Source: Candidatus Cloacimonadales bacterium
GTDB taxonomy: Bacteria > Cloacimonadota > Cloacimonadia > Cloacimonadales > JAFGVF01
Assembly (NCBI GenBank): GCA_963667035.1
Contig: OY762964.1
Coordinates: 1,472,001-1,536,000 of the forward strand
DNA length: 64,000 nucleotides
Direction of reading: 5' to 3'
This document shows, piece by piece, positions 59,049-64,000 of this stretch. Each line of letters begins with the position of its first letter. Position 1 is the first letter of the stretch. The notes under the pieces were generated by a model that was not told the DNA's origin, ran no database searches, and was given only the letters and a program-made list of their open reading frames with translations. Position numbers and translations under genes: made by a program.

Positions 59049-60470
59049 TTGTTTCATATAGAAATTGCTAAATCTGATTCAGGAAGTAATCTTAGTTTTT
59101 CTGATTACTTTCCGAATTCGCAAAAGAGTTTTTTTCTTCTTACGTATAATTTGAATAATAGCTCTTTTCTGAAGTCAGTTAATGCATTTGTATTGGAAGA
59201 AATACTAAAATTAAAACCAAACAGTATCTCAGAAAACAATATAAAAGATAAACTAGTTGAGTTCTTTAATGATTTACACTGGAAAATTAATGCCATGTTT
59301 AACAAATCAGGAGATAAGCAAAAGGGCATTTCTCTTTTTTTTGCTATCAAAAGGAATGAAAATATATATTTTGTTCAATTCGGAAGACTTGCAATTGGTC
59401 TGATAACAGAAATGAAGTTTAGAGAGATTGGTCTAAGCTGGGATATGTACCCAATAGCCACTGTCGAATCTTTGAATCAGTTAGGCTCTATTCAACAGGA
59501 TATTCCTGTTAATGTTCACTCGATAGTTTTAGGCTCTGATAGTACTTTGTTTGCTTTCCCATCTAAGCAAATTCCAATAATTAAAGAAAGTGTAAAGCAT
59601 GGAGCAAATTCTGTTCTTACAGCTTTACTAGCTCCTGAAGAAGAAGTAAATCACTATATATATATATCAAATCTTCCAGAGAAATTGATGAAGCCGATGA
59701 AGTTCTTCAGGGGTCATTCTTTCAGGGTAAGTGCTATTGTTTTTAGTGTTATTATAATAGTTACAATGCTTTATTACTTCCTTGGTGATAATTATGTAGA
59801 ACAAGTAGGTTATAAAACAGAAGAATCACTCACAAGTCATAATATTCTTTTTGAGCTAAAGAATCTAACAGATTCAATCAATAACCCTGAGTTAGAAAAA
59901 CAATTGGCAAAATATGTTTATTCTCCAGCCAAAGACTTAAGCTTAAAGATTGTCTGGCAAGGTAAGTTTACTCACAATATTACCTATCCCCCACTCTTTG
60001 ACTACAATAATATCTATCTAATAATTGAGAACAACATTGCTGCAGTTTCTAAAAAATCAAAGGAAGTCGTTTGGCAAATTAAGACAGAATCCGTAATACT
60101 AGAAGCTAAAACCGTTGAAAACAATCTTCTTATACATTGTAGTAACAATGAGATTCTTTTGTTGAATGCTAAAGGTGATACTATCTGGAGAACTTCCCAA
60201 AGGAAAGATATCAGGAAACTAGCTCATAAATATCATTCATCTATCATTGTTACCAGAAAAGAGGATAAGCGTTTAAATAGTGGTATTATGATTGACACTC
60301 AAAATAATCAAATTGATATATTCAGTTTAATTACAGGTGAGAATGTTTCTTCTATTACGTTCGATGCTCAGGTCAAATACATTAGTGACTATGATACTAT
60401 AAATAATTGCCTATATGCAATTGTTGGGCAGAACTTAGTAATACTTAAGTTATCGATAAAGGTTTGGTAA
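59049..60470 (+). CDS. Bitopic membrane protein: possible degenerate PP2C-like N-domain and C-terminal PQQ-type propeller
   Basis: One central TM; VVWQ/TIWR repeats; N-terminal strand pattern resembles PP2C without the catalytic Asp. TTG start. Confidence 0.45.
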   Translation: MFHIEIAKSDSGSNLSFSDYFPNSQKSFFLLTYNLNNSSFLKSVNAFVLEEILKLKPNSISENNIKDKLVEFFNDLHWKINAMFNKSGDKQKGISLFFAIKRNENIYFVQFGRLAIGLITEMKFREIGLSWDMYPIATVESLNQLGSIQQDIPVNVHSIVLGSDSTLFAFPSKQIPIIKESVKHGANSVLTALLAPEEEVNHYIYISNLPEKLMKPMKFFRGHSFRVSAIVFSVIIIVTMLYYFLGDNYVEQVGYKTEESLTSHNILFELKNLTDSINNPELEKQLAKYVYSPAKDLSLKIVWQGKFTHNITYPPLFDYNNIYLIIENNIAAVSKKSKEVVWQIKTESVILEAKTVENNLLIHCSNNEILLLNAKGDTIWRTSQRKDIRKLAHKYHSSIIVTRKEDKRLNSGIMIDTQNNQIDIFSLITGENVSSITFDAQVKYISDYDTINNCLYAIVGQNLVILKLSIKVW

Positions 60471-60471
60471 A

Positions 60472-61635
60472 ATGGCTATTTATAAGTTGAGTAACACTAT
60501 TCAAAACTATGATTGGGGTACTACCGATTTTATACCTAAGCTCATCAATATTGATAATAATGATTCAAGACCTTGTGCTGAGTTATGGATGGGAGCTCAT
60601 CCAAAAGCCCCATCAAGATTAATAATAGATAACTCTCCATGTGAATTGGATAAGTTTATCGCAGAATCACCTAATATTGTTTTGGGTAGAGATGCTGCTT
60701 CTATATATAACAATAAACTACCTTTTCTCTTCAAAGTTTTAAGTGCATCTAAAGCATTATCAATTCAAGCACATCCTGATAAGAAACAAGCTAAACAAGG
60801 ATTTGATAAAGAAAACATGCTAGGAATTGATTTAGAGTCACGAGAAAGGAATTATAAAGATGACAATCATAAGCCGGAGTTGATACTTGCACTTTCTCCC
60901 TTTATAGCTATGTGTGGATTTAGATCTTTACCTGAAATTCAACTGTTAATGGAGTTGTTAGAGATTAATGACCTTTTTCCGAGTGTTTATAAGGGATATG
61001 AAGAATTTTTTAAAGATTATATCAATACTGATGACTCAATTATAACTGACTGTCTCATGACTAGAATAAATGAAAAGAGAAATTCAAACATCTCCGTAAA
61101 CAAAATCTTATCATGGTGCCTCCAGTTATACAACCAGTTTGGAAAGCAGATAGGAATCCTTGCACCTCTATTTTTGAACATAGTGAAGCTTAATAAAGGT
61201 GAAGCAATCTATTTAAAAGCAGGTGTTCTCCATGCATATCTGCAGGGTTCTGGTTTGGAGATAATGGCTAATTCCGACAATGTGCTTAGAGCCGGACTGA
61301 CATCAAAACATATTGATAAGATTGAGATTTTAAAGGTACTAAGTTTTGAACATCATCCTGTATCAATTGTCAATACAGTTTTTAAGAATGATAATGAGTT
61401 AGTATACAAGACAGATGCTACTGAGTTTGAGCTATCTTGTATCTTTATTAAGTCCAATCATGAGATTCGATTATCTGTTCACAGTGCAGAGATTATTCTT
61501 TGCACAGAAGGTAATCTCATTGTAAATAATGTTTCTATTAGTAAAGGACAATCACTGTTTGTTTCTGCTGATGAGCAGGAAATATTAATCAATGGTGATG
61601 GTATTTTATATAGAGCTAAAACACCTTGCAGATAA
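60472..61635 (+). CDS. manA: Mannose-6-phosphate isomerase, class I
   Basis: QNYDWG, AELWMGAHP, LSIQAHP, NHKPE, EIMANSDNVLRAGLT. Confidence 0.95.
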   Translation: MAIYKLSNTIQNYDWGTTDFIPKLINIDNNDSRPCAELWMGAHPKAPSRLIIDNSPCELDKFIAESPNIVLGRDAASIYNNKLPFLFKVLSASKALSIQAHPDKKQAKQGFDKENMLGIDLESRERNYKDDNHKPELILALSPFIAMCGFRSLPEIQLLMELLEINDLFPSVYKGYEEFFKDYINTDDSIITDCLMTRINEKRNSNISVNKILSWCLQLYNQFGKQIGILAPLFLNIVKLNKGEAIYLKAGVLHAYLQGSGLEIMANSDNVLRAGLTSKHIDKIEILKVLSFEHHPVSIVNTVFKNDNELVYKTDATEFELSCIFIKSNHEIRLSVHSAEIILCTEGNLIVNNVSISKGQSLFVSADEQEILINGDGILYRAKTPCR

Positions 61636-62562
61636 CTAGAAGAATTTTCTTTTTATAAATATAAAAACAACTATTAGCGATAACCCAATCGATATAAGAG
61701 TTAGAAATGTAAAGGCATGTGGAGATCCGGCTATTGGAAGTTTTATATTCATTCCATAGAAACTGGCAATGAGTGTAGGCAACATTAGAACAATCGTAAT
61801 TGATGTGAGAAACTTCATAACTATGTTAAGGTTGTTAGATATCATCGAAGAAAAAGCATTCATAGAATTACTCACGATCTTTGCATAAATGCTCGCCATA
61901 GCAATAGCCTGTTTGTTCTCAACAATTACATCGTCTAGCAAATCATCTGCTTCCGGATCTTCTAAAAGCCATCTAGAACGTGAAAACTTCTCATGCATTA
62001 TCTCATTTGAGCGTAATGAAGTGTTAAAGTAAACAAGGCACTTCTCAACAAACATTAACTCAGTTAAATCTTCGTTCTTTAGTGTTTGATGTAGATTTCT
62101 TTCAAGTTCATTCATATTCTTATTTATTTCTTTCAAGTAGTTCAAGTATTTTACAGAATTTCTCAACATGATTTGTAAAACAAATTGCTGTGGAGTAATA
62201 TTGAATGGTCTATGTGTACCTTTAGTAAATCTACTCATTATTGAGGGATCCTCTTTGCAAATTGTTACAACCTGTTCGTCTGTGATAATGATACCCATTG
62301 GCATAGTTTTAAATGGAGTTACTTCATTATTAGTACGCACCGGAACACGCAATATAATTAAGATATTACCATCTTCATATTCAACACGGGAATTTTCATC
62401 AGCATCTAAAGGATCCGTAATAAAATCAATAGGGACTTCTAATTCTTTTTCCATAAATATTATCTCGTAATTAGAAGGATTAGTCACATGAGTCCAAAAA
62501 GCCCCATCTATCTTTTTCTGTTCAACTAAACTGCGATCTTCTATTCCGAAATATCTGACCAT
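61636..62562 (-). CDS. corA: CorA-family Mg2+ transporter
   Basis: NIVMKFLT, PTLIASFYGMN. Confidence 0.9.
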   Translation of the reverse strand: MVRYFGIEDRSLVEQKKIDGAFWTHVTNPSNYEIIFMEKELEVPIDFITDPLDADENSRVEYEDGNILIILRVPVRTNNEVTPFKTMPMGIIITDEQVVTICKEDPSIMSRFTKGTHRPFNITPQQFVLQIMLRNSVKYLNYLKEINKNMNELERNLHQTLKNEDLTELMFVEKCLVYFNTSLRSNEIMHEKFSRSRWLLEDPEADDLLDDVIVENKQAIAMASIYAKIVSNSMNAFSSMISNNLNIVMKFLTSITIVLMLPTLIASFYGMNIKLPIAGSPHAFTFLTLISIGLSLIVVFIFIKRKFF

Positions 62563-62664
62563 ATTAACATCCCTATGTTGTTTTATTCAATTAAATCCTC
62601 GTATAAATCCTAGTCAATTAATAATATTTCCTGACGATAAAATTAATACTAGCTTAAATACTTC

Positions 62665-63200
62665 TCAATAATGATCTGGTTCCAAGTGATCACCTGTACC
62701 TGCAGTAAACCCACCTTCTGCAGATAAACTAAAAGCTGATTTCATAGCAATTGCTGAAGTTGTTTTATTAAAAACTTCATTACCTTTAGCATTATTGATA
62801 GAAACAGTAAAAGCTGTAGTTCCGTTATTTGTTCCTACATTTCTAATCTCAACAGCAGGTTCAATATGAGTATTATAATCTACCCAATAATCATTAGCTG
62901 TATTGATTGTTATAGGATCATATAAAAAAATATCATTCCAACTTTCAGCTTGAAAGTTGGTTACACTCTGAGTGTATATTTCACTGGTCGGAGTTAAAGC
63001 ACTTGTTCCTTGATATACTTTCAAAATAATAGTAAGTATCATTATAGAATTGAATTATTTCAATTGTAGCATCATTGTATTGAGCTAATTCATCAATTGT
63101 ATAACGGGCTCATGCTTTGAATGTTAGTGCACTAATCTGTTCCAATTCCACAGGCATTGTCTCCGTCATAATGCAATACAACTTCTTATCCTGTTAAATC
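62665..63200 (-). pseudogene. Decayed fragment(s) of a large secreted/surface protein
   Basis: Minus strand reads VLHYDGDN..GIGTD*...ARYTIDELAQY...KVYQG...YTQ...WNDI.L..PITI...YWV, broken by stops and frameshifts. Confidence 0.55.
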
Positions 63201-63323
63201 CGGACTTCCACCGTTAGTTCTTATAGAGCTAAACCGGGGTTGGCAATAATCCCGACTGTTACTATTAATTAGAATAACAAACTAAGCGGTTTCCTATTAA
63301 ATTCTCCCTCGCATATATGAGTG

Positions 63324-63638
63324 CTAATATACTTTTTCTATAGGTAAAAGGTATACTTTACCAATATCGTTTCCTTTAAAATCTATTCCTGCATGTTTTA
63401 GCTCTTCTAAAATAAATTCTACTTGCTCCTCATCTGCAATACCCATAATTATTTTACCATAATCTCTTTGCGAACCGTAGCTATCACGGAAACTTGCAAA
63501 GAGAGGTACATCAAAGACAAGCTTATGACCAATAGCTTCACCGCCGAGAACTATAGTATCCTCGACTCCTGCTTCTGTAAGAGCCATTAACACGTCAGAA
63601 AGATATTTCTCTCTGAAAAGATGCATTATCATATACAT
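63324..63638 (-). CDS. PII-like small protein
   Basis: 104 aa; L..VL.AL.EAGV..T, PLFASFR, GKVYLLPIEKV; GGAG RBS. Confidence 0.6.
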   Translation of the reverse strand: MYMIMHLFREKYLSDVLMALTEAGVEDTIVLGGEAIGHKLVFDVPLFASFRDSYGSQRDYGKIIMGIADEEQVEFILEELKHAGIDFKGNDIGKVYLLPIEKVY

Positions 63639-63652
63639 ATCTATTCTCCTGT

Positions 63653-64000
63653 TTACCCATTAACCCGGGTTTCACCGGACTTGACTAATCCATATTTTAC
63701 AAGTACAGGACCAATCATCATTATAATAAAAGTTGTTACAGTCATCACACTGGTTATCTGTACTGACTGTTTTATATATCCTTCTGCTTCAAGATACTGA
63801 GAAGCAGCTAGAGATAAACCAATTGCAACACCTGCTTGCGATAGCAATGTGAATCCAAGATACTTCCTCGTTTTATCAGGTGCTTTTGCAACCGTGCTAC
63901 CTAACCAAGCCCCTGAATACTTACCAATCATGCTTGCTATGATATAGAACAAGACCAGCGGTAAATATGTAATTATTATCTTCGGGGCAAATCTTGATCC
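63653..64000 (-). CDS. Cation:proton antiporter (CPA2), C-terminal part
   Basis: GKYSGAWLG, LGFTLLSQAGVAIGL, IGP; the frame continues past the window end. Confidence 0.85.
   Translation of the reverse strand, partial: GSRFAPKIIITYLPLVLFYIIASMIGKYSGAWLGSTVAKAPDKTRKYLGFTLLSQAGVAIGLSLAASQYLEAEGYIKQSVQITSVMTVTTFIIMMIGPVLVKYGLVKSGETRVNG

Overview
AT-rich bacterial chromosome segment, most likely Cloacimonadota (Candidatus Cloacimonetes), judged from a Kce that closely resembles the Cloacimonas enzyme as I recall it and from amino-acid fermentation genes. Most of the window is housekeeping or metabolic: thrS, phnCDE-like ABC transporter, kce, lepB, hemW, rnhC, glyA, rpiB, ptb, gltX, holB, meaB, tpiA, serS, radA, nusB, manA, corA and the SRP RNA. 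Four things stand out. (1) A translationally coupled four-gene operon encodes a glutamate-dehydrogenase homolog whose catalytic Lys (GGGKGG) reads Tyr, two PPDK_N-only proteins (one with an N-terminal sensor-like region and a C-terminal nucleotidyltransferase) and a metallophosphoesterase. It is a candidate undescribed signalling or modification system. (2) Two different Y1 HUH (IS200/RAYT) transposase loci each sit among their own covarying palindromic REP family. (3) A ~470-bp non-coding element with strict 11-bp-phased motifs occurs twice, once upstream of each Y1 transposase. (4) Accessory or defence-like singletons include an RloC-like ABC ATPase, a Fic-HTH protein with tandem operator-like sites, an orphan DprA and an IS256-like remnant. 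All calls come from reading motifs by eye; no database searches were run.
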